From Candidatus Doudnabacteria bacterium (lineage in GTDB: Bacteria; Patescibacteriota; Doudnabacteria; UBA920; O2-02-FULL-48-8), in NCBI GenBank assembly GCA_016182875.1, contig JACPFQ010000002.1, positions 1 to 52,435 on the forward strand: DNA of 52,435 nt. The letters are read 5' to 3'. The notes beneath the pieces were generated by a model that did not search any database, was not told the origin of the DNA, and was given only the letters and a program-made list of their open reading frames with translations. Position numbers and translations under genes: made by a program. Numbering within the stretch: position 1 is the first letter of the stretch; each line of letters starts with the position of its first letter. Shown in pieces: positions 1-9,629 of this stretch.

Positions 1-142
1 ACGGCTACACTTACAACCCGCTGGACTTTTTATAAGACAATAGGGGAGAACTAACACCAAAACCCCGCCTTAAGGCGGGGTTTTGGTGTTAGTTCTCCCC
101 TATTGTCTTATAAAAAGTCCAGCGGGTTGTAAGTGTAGCCGT
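1..142. repeat. Perfect 142-bp palindrome at window start (mirror copy of M23 gene 3' end and terminator)
   Basis: 1-71 is the exact reverse complement of 72-142, centred on CCTT|AAGG. Confidence 0.95.
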
Positions 143-1409
143 AGGGCACCCGGTAGCTGCCAAAGATCTTGGTGAACTGTCCCTCGGCAACGTCGTAGCC
201 TTCCGCGTCAAACACGGTAAAGTGAAGATGATATCCGCGATGAGATCCGTAAAGCAGTCTCGTGGTGTTTCCCGTATTTCCCTCAAAGCCGACCAAATCA
301 CCCTGCTTTACCTCTTGCCCAGGATGGGCCTTGAAGCTGCTCAAATGGGCGTATAAAGTAATCAGCGCCCGGCCGCCGGCAATGTTGTTGTGCTTTATGG
401 CAATCCAGTTGCCGTAAGCGCCCTGGCCGGTTCCTGAGTCGAGCACCGTCCCATCCGCCGCGGCATAAATCGGAGTGCCGGCGGGACCGGCGATATCCAG
501 CCCATTATGAAAATTGTAGCCCAAACTGGTAAAGCCCGTATTGCCGTATCCCTGCGTCAGTATGCCATCCATGGGCCAAGCTAGCAAACCTTTTCTCGCC
601 GGCAGCCTCCTATTGCCGAGTTTTTTTCTTATTTCGACCTCGAGGTTGTATATTTCCTTGGAAATCTCTTCTTCCAGTCCTTCCTGTTCGGCCAGCAGTC
701 TTTGATAAATCTTTTCCTGCCCGCGCGTGTCATCCAGTATCTGCTGCTTGGCGCTTCTTTGTCCCTGCAAACCGCTTTTCGCAGTGTCCAGCTGGCCGAG
801 CAGGGCATCAAGCGTGGCTTTTTGCTTCTTCAGGTCGCGCTGCTTCTGCTCAAGTTCGATTTTCAATTGTTTGATTTCGGTCAAAATCTCGCTCGTCTTA
901 TCCTGGATGTTGCTGGAGTATTGCAGCTGGTCGATAAAATCCGTAAGATTATTGTTTTCCAAGGCAATCTCAAGCGGAGACATTTCCTGCATTTCGTTGA
1001 TTTGCCGGATAAGCTGGACCAGGTTTTCCTTTTGCTCGACAATCTCGGCCTCGGTGCGGATAATGGTTTCCGTGACTTCGGCGATATCGAGATTGGTGGC
1101 GTCGATTTTCGCTTCGGTCGATTCGATCTGCGCCTCGGTTTCGGCAATTTCCAGATTGACCAGGGCAATCTGGTTCTTAAGCGAATTGGCAAGCGCCTTT
1201 CTTTCCTTTATCTCTTGCTGCAAACCGTCAATTTTTTTGTTGATGTCATCAAGCCGCTTTTGCTTCTCCTGCTTAAGCTTCTGCAGTTCATCGACGTTCT
1301 GGCCGGCAACGGGAGCGTTGGAATAAAAACCAAACCCGAGCATTAGGACTAATGCGGCTGAGGTGATTATTTTCTTGTTATTTGGTTTCAGTTGAGTGCC
1401 AATTCTCAT
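108..1409 (-). CDS. Coiled-coil M23 family peptidase (EnvC/PcsB-like murein hydrolase or activator)
   Basis: N-terminal hydrophobic segment, long coiled coil, HNGLD, YAHL and HLHF M23 motifs; ATG 1409 preferred over TTG 1445. Confidence 0.88.
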   Translation of the reverse strand: MRIGTQLKPNNKKIITSAALVLMLGFGFYSNAPVAGQNVDELQKLKQEKQKRLDDINKKIDGLQQEIKERKALANSLKNQIALVNLEIAETEAQIESTEAKIDATNLDIAEVTETIIRTEAEIVEQKENLVQLIRQINEMQEMSPLEIALENNNLTDFIDQLQYSSNIQDKTSEILTEIKQLKIELEQKQRDLKKQKATLDALLGQLDTAKSGLQGQRSAKQQILDDTRGQEKIYQRLLAEQEGLEEEISKEIYNLEVEIRKKLGNRRLPARKGLLAWPMDGILTQGYGNTGFTSLGYNFHNGLDIAGPAGTPIYAAADGTVLDSGTGQGAYGNWIAIKHNNIAGGRALITLYAHLSSFKAHPGQEVKQGDLVGFEGNTGNTTRLLYGSHRGYHLHFTVFDAEGYDVAEGQFTKIFGSYRVPYGYTYNPLDFL

Positions 1410-1422
1410 TACCAATATTATA

Positions 1423-1980
1423 TCACGTTTCAAACATTTGAGCAAGGCGTTTTTGGGTCATCCGCCCACGCTCCGCATCGCTCGCAGGCTTATTATCCTG
1501 CCACTCCGAAGCATAGGAATATTTTTCGCTGACTTTTATATTCTGGCCTTTTCGAATGGATGAAATGACATAAACCATGTCCTGAGGCCTAAGGCGGCGC
1601 ATGATTGCTCCCAAAATTCGTGCATCAGAAGGGTTTACCACCCCTAAGTGGCCCTCTATGATATTATTGTCAAATCTGTTCATAATCGATCTCTCGCTCG
1701 GCTTTTTCTCGCCAGGGGGCGCGTTCGGCGGCGTAAAAATCGCGGCGTCATCGCGGTTAACTATACTGTGCAGGACAGCCAAATCGACAGCGTCCTTGAA
1801 ATCGTACAGAACTATCCCCTGCTCAGTTTCCAATTTCCTGCGCATCTGCATAAATTCGGGGTCATTGCGGCTTTCGTAATCGACCGAAATACGCTGAGAT
1901 TCCAAAAGCATCTTCGCTTGCTCGCGGGCGAGGCTCTTTTCAACCGGATATCCAAATTCGGGCCGATGCACTTCTGCCAT
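1423..1980 (-). CDS. Hypothetical protein
   Basis: 185-aa ORF coupled to the gltX stop; no recognised motif. Confidence 0.65.
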   Translation of the reverse strand: MAEVHRPEFGYPVEKSLAREQAKMLLESQRISVDYESRNDPEFMQMRRKLETEQGIVLYDFKDAVDLAVLHSIVNRDDAAIFTPPNAPPGEKKPSERSIMNRFDNNIIEGHLGVVNPSDARILGAIMRRLRPQDMVYVISSIRKGQNIKVSEKYSYASEWQDNKPASDAERGRMTQKRLAQMFET

Positions 1981-3476
1981 TAAAATAAAAGTTCCATGGC
2001 TTTGTTAATTCTTTTCAAAATTATTTCCTTGCCATCCGGCAGGACCGCCAGCGCATCCATGACCTCAAAGGGTCCAGGGCTGGCCTCGAGGCCGGTTAGA
2101 GCCGCTCTCAGCGGCCAAAGCACTTCCCCGGTTTTAAGATTGTTTTGCGCAATCCAGTCCTTGATTTTCCTTTCAAGGACCTCTTTGCTGAAACCTGTTG
2201 AGTCGAGTGTTTGTAGAAATTGAGATAGAGCTTGGAGATTCTTTAGAATAACTTGTTTATCGGCATTTTTCCAAATCAAAAGCGGAGCATCATATTGCGG
2301 GTCAGCAAAGAAATAGCCGACTCTCTCCCCTACCTCGGATAGTTTCTTGAGCCGTTCTTGCTCAAGCAGCAAAATTTTTTCAAAAAATTGTTTCGGGTAT
2401 TTTTCAATATTTACTCCAGCTTTGACCAAATACGGCACGCATCTTGCGAACAACTCTTCAATCTTCATTCTGCGCAAGTACATGCCGTTGAGCCAATCAA
2501 GCTTGTCGAGGTCAAAAACCGAGCCAGCCTTATTGAGCTTGTCCAGAGAAAATTGCGCGACCAGCTCGCGCAGGTTGAAAATCTCTTCCGATGTCTTCGG
2601 GTTCCAGCCAAGCAGGGCCACAAAGTTAAGCAGAGCTTCGGGCAAATACCCCTTTTCCAAAAAATCCCTGACTGCAACCGCTCCTTCCCTCTTTGAAAGC
2701 TTTTTCCTCGATTTGTTCAGGAGCAGCGGCAGATGAACAAACTGCGGCGATTCCCAGCCGAACGCCGAATACAGCAAAATATGCTTCGGGGTCGAAGGAA
2801 TCCATTCCTCGCCTCGAATGACGTGGGAAATTTTCATTAAATAGTCATCCACGACCACTGACAAATGATAAGTTGGAAATCCGTTTGACTTAAGAAGAAT
2901 TTGGTCGTCGATGTCATTGCTGGAAACTTCTATTTCCCCATGCACGGCATCGGTAAACCTGATTTTTTTATCTGAGGGCACATTGAGGCGAACGACATGG
3001 GGCTCTCCCTTCTGTAATTTTTGTGTCACTTCTTCCGAGGAAAGGCTGAGGCAATGCTTGTCGTACTTAGGCGGCAGTTTTTCCGCCTGCTGCTGCTTGC
3101 GCAGTTCTTCCAGGCGCTGCGCCGTGCAGAAGCAATAGTAAGCCGCCTTCTTGGCTATTAATTCCTCGGCATGTTTTTTATAAATATCGAGCCGCTTTGA
3201 TTGCAAATACGGGCCATACTCGCCGCGCTCCTTGACACCGTTGTCCCAATAAAAACCCTCATCCGGGGTGAGCCCAAAGTCAGTCAGAGTTTGCACGATA
3301 TTCTCCAGAGCGCCGGGCACAGTGCGCTCCTGATCCGTGTCTTCGAGCCGCAGGATAAATTTGCCATTGTTTTTTCGCGCCCAGAGGAACTCGTACAGCG
3401 CAGTCCGAAGCCCGCCGACATGCAAAAATCCCGTAGGGCTAGGAGCAAACCTTGTTCTTACTTCTTGTTTTTCCAT
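1980..3476 (-). CDS. gltX: Glutamate--tRNA ligase
   Basis: RFAPSPTGFLHVGG, RLEDTD, HVIRGEEW, KLSKR. Confidence 0.97.
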   Translation of the reverse strand: MEKQEVRTRFAPSPTGFLHVGGLRTALYEFLWARKNNGKFILRLEDTDQERTVPGALENIVQTLTDFGLTPDEGFYWDNGVKERGEYGPYLQSKRLDIYKKHAEELIAKKAAYYCFCTAQRLEELRKQQQAEKLPPKYDKHCLSLSSEEVTQKLQKGEPHVVRLNVPSDKKIRFTDAVHGEIEVSSNDIDDQILLKSNGFPTYHLSVVVDDYLMKISHVIRGEEWIPSTPKHILLYSAFGWESPQFVHLPLLLNKSRKKLSKREGAVAVRDFLEKGYLPEALLNFVALLGWNPKTSEEIFNLRELVAQFSLDKLNKAGSVFDLDKLDWLNGMYLRRMKIEELFARCVPYLVKAGVNIEKYPKQFFEKILLLEQERLKKLSEVGERVGYFFADPQYDAPLLIWKNADKQVILKNLQALSQFLQTLDSTGFSKEVLERKIKDWIAQNNLKTGEVLWPLRAALTGLEASPGPFEVMDALAVLPDGKEIILKRINKAMELLF

Positions 3477-4243
3477 TTATAAACCTTCCAAATGAACACC
3501 GGCACGGCATTCCACATTCTCGGCAGCCGCCACGGCTGGGTGATAAGCCGCCAAAGCCATTCCAGGCCCAAATTATGCATGAGTCCGGGCGCCATTAGCC
3601 TTTTGCCGGCGATATAATCGAATGTGCCGCCTAAGCCAACAGCTGCTTTCACATTAAGCCTGGCCAGAGTTTCCGAAAGCCACATTTCTTGCTCGGGAGG
3701 GGAATAAGCTATCAACAGTATATCAGAGTTGCTGGCGGCTATCTCCCCTGCCAACTGGTCGTCAAAAACATTGCCGGAGACGATCAAATTGATTTTCAAA
3801 TCCGGGAACTTGCTTTTAAGTTGGTTTGCAGCCAAGGCGGAAACGCTGACCCTTCCCCCAACCAGCGCAAGCGAATAATTTTTTTCGGACGCCAGCCTGG
3901 CGATGTCCCAGATGAGTTCACTGCCCCTTACCTGCTCTTTGATAACCGAGCGAATGTAGATTGGATTAAAAACAATTGCCAGAAGACTGGTCAGCAGGTA
4001 ATGCCCTGCGGATGATAGATACTTTGCGGCCCAAAGAATGCCTATACCATCAGGCAAAGATAAATCTGCCTTGTTTAAAGCATCTTTATACTTCTCGTTT
4101 GTCTGGGCAAAAACGATTAATTCCGAATATGGCGTGACGAGGTAGTGCGGCTGCCCTGATTTCACAAACTCGTCGATCTTGTTGATAGTTTCTGTTTTTG
4201 AGATATTATCCACTAAAACGCCAGCGATATCTATTTTGGTCAT
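3458..4243 (-). CDS. WecB/TagA/CpsF family glycosyltransferase
   Basis: ADLSLPDGIG, PPEQE, GLGGTFD, GLEWLWRL..PWR. Confidence 0.9.
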   Translation of the reverse strand: MTKIDIAGVLVDNISKTETINKIDEFVKSGQPHYLVTPYSELIVFAQTNEKYKDALNKADLSLPDGIGILWAAKYLSSAGHYLLTSLLAIVFNPIYIRSVIKEQVRGSELIWDIARLASEKNYSLALVGGRVSVSALAANQLKSKFPDLKINLIVSGNVFDDQLAGEIAASNSDILLIAYSPPEQEMWLSETLARLNVKAAVGLGGTFDYIAGKRLMAPGLMHNLGLEWLWRLITQPWRLPRMWNAVPVFIWKVYKWKNKK

Positions 4244-4283
4244 AATTCTTAAGTTAAAATAAGTTAAAATACGTTAAAGTATT

Positions 4284-4820
4284 TTAACTTTTAGCTAACC
4301 CTATTTCGAGGATCGGGTAATAATGGGGGTGGTGTAAGAGCAACCTGCTTTCGTACAGAATTACTCTATCTGCGGTAAAATTCAGATGCTGGAGCTCGTC
4401 GTGGGGAAAGTTTTCAATTCTCCTTTGAGGATTCATCACATGATCCATATGCAGGTTAGCAAGCTTAACGTGAGGATAATATGTCCTCTCCTGAAATCGG
4501 AAACCGTCAGATTCGAACACGGCTTGCATGCTGGATTGCAATTCGGCGAGCGCTTCATTTGATTTCAATGCCAGGTGAATCTGCTGGTGAAATTTGACCA
4601 AGCGATCAAAAGCGATGGAAAACTTATTTTTCTCTTTCGCGGCTTCAGGAAAAATCATTTTCACCCTTTCAACTTCCATATCAGTCAGCTCACCAAAAAA
4701 ATTAAGGGTAATGTGAAGGTTCGTAGTATTAACGTAAGCTATTGGCAGGCGGTTTTTGGTGATTTCGCCGACTTTTTTCTTGACTTCGTCCGGCAATGGA
4801 ATGGCAGTGAAAACTCTCAA
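4284..4820 (-). CDS. thpR: 2H phosphoesterase / RNA 2',3'-cyclic phosphodiesterase
   Basis: MRVFTAI, NLHITLNF and PHVKL (second 2H motif variant), LYES. Confidence 0.85.
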   Translation of the reverse strand: MRVFTAIPLPDEVKKKVGEITKNRLPIAYVNTTNLHITLNFFGELTDMEVERVKMIFPEAAKEKNKFSIAFDRLVKFHQQIHLALKSNEALAELQSSMQAVFESDGFRFQERTYYPHVKLANLHMDHVMNPQRRIENFPHDELQHLNFTADRVILYESRLLLHHPHYYPILEIGLAKS

Positions 4821-4898
4821 GAGTTTAGAAATTAGATATTAGATATTAGAAATTTGGGCACTTCAAATTATAGCATAAACCTGTTAAACTAGTGACGC

Positions 4899-5141
4899 AT
4901 GAAAATACAAAAAACTTACAAAAAATCCCCTTATCTCCACTCTGCCGCCCACGTGCTGGCGGATGAACTGTCAGTCAAACTCAACGACAAAAAGCATTTC
5001 GGATTTTACCTCAAGATGGCGCTTACACATGACCACGGTTTGCTGCGCGGAATTGCGGGTCAGGTTTTGGAAAGTAGTACTACCAAAAAGCCGGGAGCGC
5101 TGTTCGCTTATTTACTTAAGAAATCCAAAAATGATACTTGA
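4899..5141 (+). CDS. Small hypothetical protein
   Basis: 80-aa ORF overlapping the def start; ends PGALFAYL. Confidence 0.65.
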   Translation: MKIQKTYKKSPYLHSAAHVLADELSVKLNDKKHFGFYLKMALTHDHGLLRGIAGQVLESSTTKKPGALFAYLLKKSKNDT

Positions 5142-5625
5142 AATCGTCACTGTTCCCAATCCGATACTGGAGCAAAAAACCAAACCGGTCGAAAAACTCG
5201 ATCGGACAATTTTAAATTTGGCAAAAAATATGGTCGAGACCTGCCGCAACGCCCAAGGCATCGGTTTGGCCGCACCGCAAGTCGGAAAATCAATAAGGCT
5301 GTGCATCATCAATCTGGAGCACATGGGCATTCCGCCTTTTGTACTGGTAAATCCGAAAATCACTAACAGGTCATGGAAGAAAGTTGAGATGGAAGAAGGT
5401 TGTCTTTCGATTCCCGGAATCTACGGCATCGTCAAACGACCGGAAAGGATAAAGGTCAAAGCCTTAAATCTCGAAGGAAAAGAGAACGAACTCGAAGCTG
5501 ACGGCCTGCTGGCGCGTGTGATTCAGCACGAAGTTGATCACCTTGACGGCATTTTGATTACCTCAAAACTAATCCGCAGGACCGATGGCACCGAAAGTAA
5601 GGATAGAAAACAGCTCAAGGAATGA
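5131..5625 (+). CDS. def: Peptide deformylase
   Basis: GIGLAAPQ, EGCLS, QHEVDHL; start ATG 5131. Confidence 0.97.
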   Translation: MILEIVTVPNPILEQKTKPVEKLDRTILNLAKNMVETCRNAQGIGLAAPQVGKSIRLCIINLEHMGIPPFVLVNPKITNRSWKKVEMEEGCLSIPGIYGIVKRPERIKVKALNLEGKENELEADGLLARVIQHEVDHLDGILITSKLIRRTDGTESKDRKQLKE

Positions 5626-6545
5626 AAATCATCTTTGCAGGCACAACTGAATTTGGAATTCCCACTTTGGAGAAACTATTAACTCTCAACTATCAACTAT
5701 TAACTGTTATTACCCAGCCAGACAAGCCAGTTGGCCGCAAAAAGCCTCTCACTCCCACGCCAATCAAACTTTGGGCGGAAAAAAATGGCATTCCTGTCCT
5801 GCAGCCAGAAAAAATTCGAAATTCGAAATTCGAAATTCGAAATTTGGACCCGGACCTGATGCTGGTCGCAGCTTATGGACAAATTATTCCTGAGGAAATA
5901 CTTAATATACCCAAATACGGCTCCATAAACATTCACGGCTCACTTCTCCCCAAGTACCGCGGCCCGACCCCGATTCAGGCAGCCATACTAAACGGCGATG
6001 ATGCCACGGGAGTAACACTCATGCTTATGGTCGAGCGTCTAGATGAAGGTCCGGTGATTGCCTCGAATGAAGTGAAAATCAAACGGCACGAAACTTTTCC
6101 ACAACTCTATGGCCGCCTATCATTAACCGCATCCGAACTCGTTGCAAAAACCCTGCCCGCATGGTTCGCAAAAAAAATTACGCCTCAACCCCAGGATAAC
6201 TCTCAGGCTGCCTATACTGGGTTTTTTGATGTTAAGTCAGGCCGAATTGACTGGACCAAAAGCGCTTCTGAGATCGACAGAAAAATCAGGGCGTTAAACC
6301 CCGAACCCGGCACCTGGACAACACTGAATAATAAATCTGTTAAAATATTAGAAGCGGAAGAAATACCGGACGAGGAGCTTATCGGACTGGCAGGCAAAAT
6401 CAGCGCCCGAAACAAACAACTTGTCGTAAAATGCCAGACTAACAGCCTAAAAATTACGAAGCTTCAGCCGGAAGGCAAAAAAATCATGCCTGGCGCGGAC
6501 TTTGCAAACGGCTTGAAAGACAAACAAAACAATATTTTTATCTAG
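5622..6545 (+). CDS. fmt: Methionyl-tRNA formyltransferase
   Basis: TQPDKP, AAYGQI, NIHGSLLPKYRG, LDEG; follows def. Confidence 0.96.
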   Translation: MKIIFAGTTEFGIPTLEKLLTLNYQLLTVITQPDKPVGRKKPLTPTPIKLWAEKNGIPVLQPEKIRNSKFEIRNLDPDLMLVAAYGQIIPEEILNIPKYGSINIHGSLLPKYRGPTPIQAAILNGDDATGVTLMLMVERLDEGPVIASNEVKIKRHETFPQLYGRLSLTASELVAKTLPAWFAKKITPQPQDNSQAAYTGFFDVKSGRIDWTKSASEIDRKIRALNPEPGTWTTLNNKSVKILEAEEIPDEELIGLAGKISARNKQLVVKCQTNSLKITKLQPEGKKIMPGADFANGLKDKQNNIFI

Positions 6546-8999
6546 ATGAATGAAGGACTAAGCACAACTGAGGCCAAAAAACTGCTCCATGAATTGGGCC
6601 CCAATAGGCTTTCCGACGGCTCCCAATTCAGCTTCTACGGACTGCTATTTTCAGAGGTTTTTAGTTTCTTAAACATCCTCCTGATATTGGCCGGTTTTGT
6701 TGCGCTCGCCATCAAGGATATACTCGATGCGATTTTGATATTCGCAATTGTGCTGTTAAACAGCATGATGTCGTTTTGGCAGGAATACAAAGCCGAGCGG
6801 ACATTGGAAGAGCTCAAAAACTTAACTTACTCATACGTCAGAGTGATTAGAAACGGAAAGGCCGTGCCGCTCAACAGCGAGGAGTTGGTGCCAGGTGACA
6901 TCGTTTATCTGGAAATCGGCGACAAAGTTCCGGCGGACGGCTTGGTGCTTGAATCTCTTAATCTGGAAGTAAACGAATCGGCTCTGACCGGCGAGGCGCT
7001 GCCCGTATACAAGCTGCCTTCGGATATCGAGAAAAATCAGGTTTTCGGGGGGACTTTGGTTGTGGCCGGGCACGGTAAAATCAAAATCAGCGCCACGGGT
7101 ACCCAAACCAGATTCGGCCGCATTGCGCAAACCCTCGAATCAATGAGGGAAACCGAAACTCCGCTGCAGCTGCAGATCAAACATTTAACTTTAAACGTCG
7201 CCTTAATTGCCATTGTGGCCAGCGTTCTAATTTATATCACGGGCATTTCCCTGGGACATAAGCAAATCGACATGTTTTTGGTGGGGGTCAGCACTGCGGT
7301 TGCGGCTATTCCTGAGGGCTTGCCGGCGATAATCCTGATAACGCTGGCGGTGGGCGTCAAGCGAATGGCGCTGCGCAAAGCGGTCGTGCGAAAAATGGTC
7401 GCGGTGGAGGCGCTCGGCTCAATCAACGTCATAGCAACGGACAAAACCGGAACGTTGACGAGCGGCGAGATGAAAGTTCAGAAGCTGTGGTTTGATGGAA
7501 AACTGCTCGGTCCGGAAGAATTCAAGCACACCCTCAAGTCCAACGCCGCGGCAAATAAATTATTGGATGCCCTCATCTTTCCCACCACAGCCAGCCTTGC
7601 GTATAAATTTGACCACGGCACCAAGGCGGTACTCGGCGACTCGACTGAAGGAGCGCTCCTGATACTCGCGCAATCGCTGGGCATCAATTACGAAGTCCAT
7701 AAACAGCAGGCCAAATTGGTGGAAGAGTTCGGCTTTGACCAAAAACGAAAAACCATGAGCGTTATTGTGGAGCGCGACAACGGGCTGGAGGCCTTTATTA
7801 AGGCTTCTCCGGAATATACCGTCCAGTACTCCACGAGAATTCTCCAGGATGGAAAAATCAGGATTCTGAACGAGAACGATAAGCAGCAGCTGACCAAACA
7901 ATTCGAAAATCTTGGAAAAAACGGATACCGTATTTTGGGATTCGCTTATCGAAACAACATAAACCGGAGCCCCCGCTACGTCAGGGCCGAGGTTGAATCC
8001 GACCTGGTTTTCCTGGGTTTCGCCTGTATTTCCGATCCTATCCGGCCGGAAGCAGTGGAAGCCATCAGGCTCGCGTCAAAAGCGGGAATAAGAACCATTA
8101 TGGTTACCGGCGACAATCAGCTCACAGCCATGTCAGTTGCCCGCCAGCTGGGGCTTGCTGCCGAGGGAGATGAAGTCATAACCGGACAAGACCTGGAAAA
8201 AATCAGCGATGAGGAACTGCAGTCAGTCATCTGGAAAGTCAAGATTTTTGCCAGGACGAATCCCGAAGACAAGCTAAGGATCGTTAAAGCGCTTCAAACC
8301 GCAGGCGCCGCCGTGGCCGTGACCGGAGACGGCGTCAATGACGCCTTGGCGCTTAAGCAGGCCGAAATCGGAGTTGCCATGGGCAAAAAAGGAACCGACG
8401 TCGCCAAAGAGGCTGCCGACATAGTTATTACCGACGATAATTATTCAAGCATTGTCAGGGCTGTTGAAGAAGGCCGCACCATCTATGACAATGTCCTGAA
8501 ATCGATCCGCTATTTGATTTCGACCAACATTTCCGAGCTCGCCACCATTCTTATGGCTCTGCTTATAGGCTTGCCTCTGCCGCTGGTGCCGGCTCAGATT
8601 TTATGGATAAATTTAATTTCCGACGGCCTGCCGGCGATAGCGCTTGCGTTGGACCCAAAAGATCCGGACGCCATGCGCCGCCCTCCGAGAAGCAAGGAGC
8701 ATCGCCTGCTCGACTTGGCTTCATTTGCTCTGCTGCTTTTATACGGACTGATAATAGCGGTCATTGCGCTGGCCGCATACTGGCAAATCCTAAAGACCAC
8801 CGGAAATGTGGTGCTGGCCCGAACGTGGACCTTTACTATTCTCATTCTCTTACAGCTGCTGATGGCCTTCATCATCCGCCGCAATTCCCACACCAACTAC
8901 AAGCTGATTCTGGCCGCAGTTTTTACGGTTGGCATTCAATTCCTGATTCTCATCAACCCAATCTTCTATCCCCTGTTCAAGATTCAAAAGCCATGGTAG
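6546..8999 (+). CDS. Cation-transporting P-type ATPase (type II, Ca2+-like)
   Basis: PEGL, DKTGTLT, TGDN, GDGVND, QILWINL. Confidence 0.93.
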   Translation: MNEGLSTTEAKKLLHELGPNRLSDGSQFSFYGLLFSEVFSFLNILLILAGFVALAIKDILDAILIFAIVLLNSMMSFWQEYKAERTLEELKNLTYSYVRVIRNGKAVPLNSEELVPGDIVYLEIGDKVPADGLVLESLNLEVNESALTGEALPVYKLPSDIEKNQVFGGTLVVAGHGKIKISATGTQTRFGRIAQTLESMRETETPLQLQIKHLTLNVALIAIVASVLIYITGISLGHKQIDMFLVGVSTAVAAIPEGLPAIILITLAVGVKRMALRKAVVRKMVAVEALGSINVIATDKTGTLTSGEMKVQKLWFDGKLLGPEEFKHTLKSNAAANKLLDALIFPTTASLAYKFDHGTKAVLGDSTEGALLILAQSLGINYEVHKQQAKLVEEFGFDQKRKTMSVIVERDNGLEAFIKASPEYTVQYSTRILQDGKIRILNENDKQQLTKQFENLGKNGYRILGFAYRNNINRSPRYVRAEVESDLVFLGFACISDPIRPEAVEAIRLASKAGIRTIMVTGDNQLTAMSVARQLGLAAEGDEVITGQDLEKISDEELQSVIWKVKIFARTNPEDKLRIVKALQTAGAAVAVTGDGVNDALALKQAEIGVAMGKKGTDVAKEAADIVITDDNYSSIVRAVEEGRTIYDNVLKSIRYLISTNISELATILMALLIGLPLPLVPAQILWINLISDGLPAIALALDPKDPDAMRRPPRSKEHRLLDLASFALLLLYGLIIAVIALAAYWQILKTTGNVVLARTWTFTILILLQLLMAFIIRRNSHTNYKLILAAVFTVGIQFLILINPIFYPLFKIQKPW

Positions 9000-9000
9000 A

Positions 9001-9026
9001 AAAAACCCCCGCAACGCGGGGGTTAA
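9001..9026. terminator. Hairpin between convergent genes
   Basis: AACCCCCGC-aac-GCGGGGGTT with an A tract on the left. Confidence 0.7.
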
Positions 9027-9062
9027 ATTTTGATTTTTGACTTTTGAATTTTGAATTTGCAA

Positions 9063-9473
9063 TCACATTTGCCCGCCCATTCCAGCCGAACTGCCCATGC
9101 TCATCGAGCCTTTGCCCCATGAAGCATAAAGCGCCCAAGCGCCTACCACGAGGTGAAGAAGTGAATCAGCAGGGTTCTCGAGGTTTGCTCCCAAGAAGCT
9201 GGTCGAGATTAAGAGGCTGTAAAGTCCTATCAAAACTCCGACTACGCCCAAAACCATGACGAGCGGCCTTTGAGCCGGGGCTGGGAAGGTATATGCCGCC
9301 ACGAGGCCGACAACGCCGAGCACCAAGTGCGCCCAGTTTTCGCCGTTATCAAACCACCATGCCTTTCCGAAAATGCTTTGCTCTGCAGTCGGTCCGATAA
9401 CGCCAAAGAAACCCAAAAGCCCTACGAGAACAAGCACTGCTCCCCCGACCACTAAAAATTGCTTAGGATTCAA
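9063..9473 (-). CDS. Small multi-pass membrane protein (DUF4383-like)
   Basis: Four hydrophobic segments, N-x-x-H-L and LHL motifs, SD GGGGGTG before TTG. Confidence 0.75.
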   Translation of the reverse strand: MNPKQFLVVGGAVLVLVGLLGFFGVIGPTAEQSIFGKAWWFDNGENWAHLVLGVVGLVAAYTFPAPAQRPLVMVLGVVGVLIGLYSLLISTSFLGANLENPADSLLHLVVGAWALYASWGKGSMSMGSSAGMGGQM

Positions 9474-9629
9474 TTTGTTTCACCCCCTTCCAGCATTGTC
9501 TATCTATTACTACTTTTGCTTGGGTTTATTTTAGAATAGGGCTGCTTTTTAGGCAAAAAAGTTATCAACAGCAGAGTTCGTAAAGTACTAAGTTAAAAGT
9601 TCTAAGTTTAGACTTTATGAACTTAGAAC

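Noticed and set aside
702-1346. Long + strand ORFs opposite the M23 gene, and 51147-52145 opposite secA
   Set aside because: Antisense shadows of well-supported genes with no motifs
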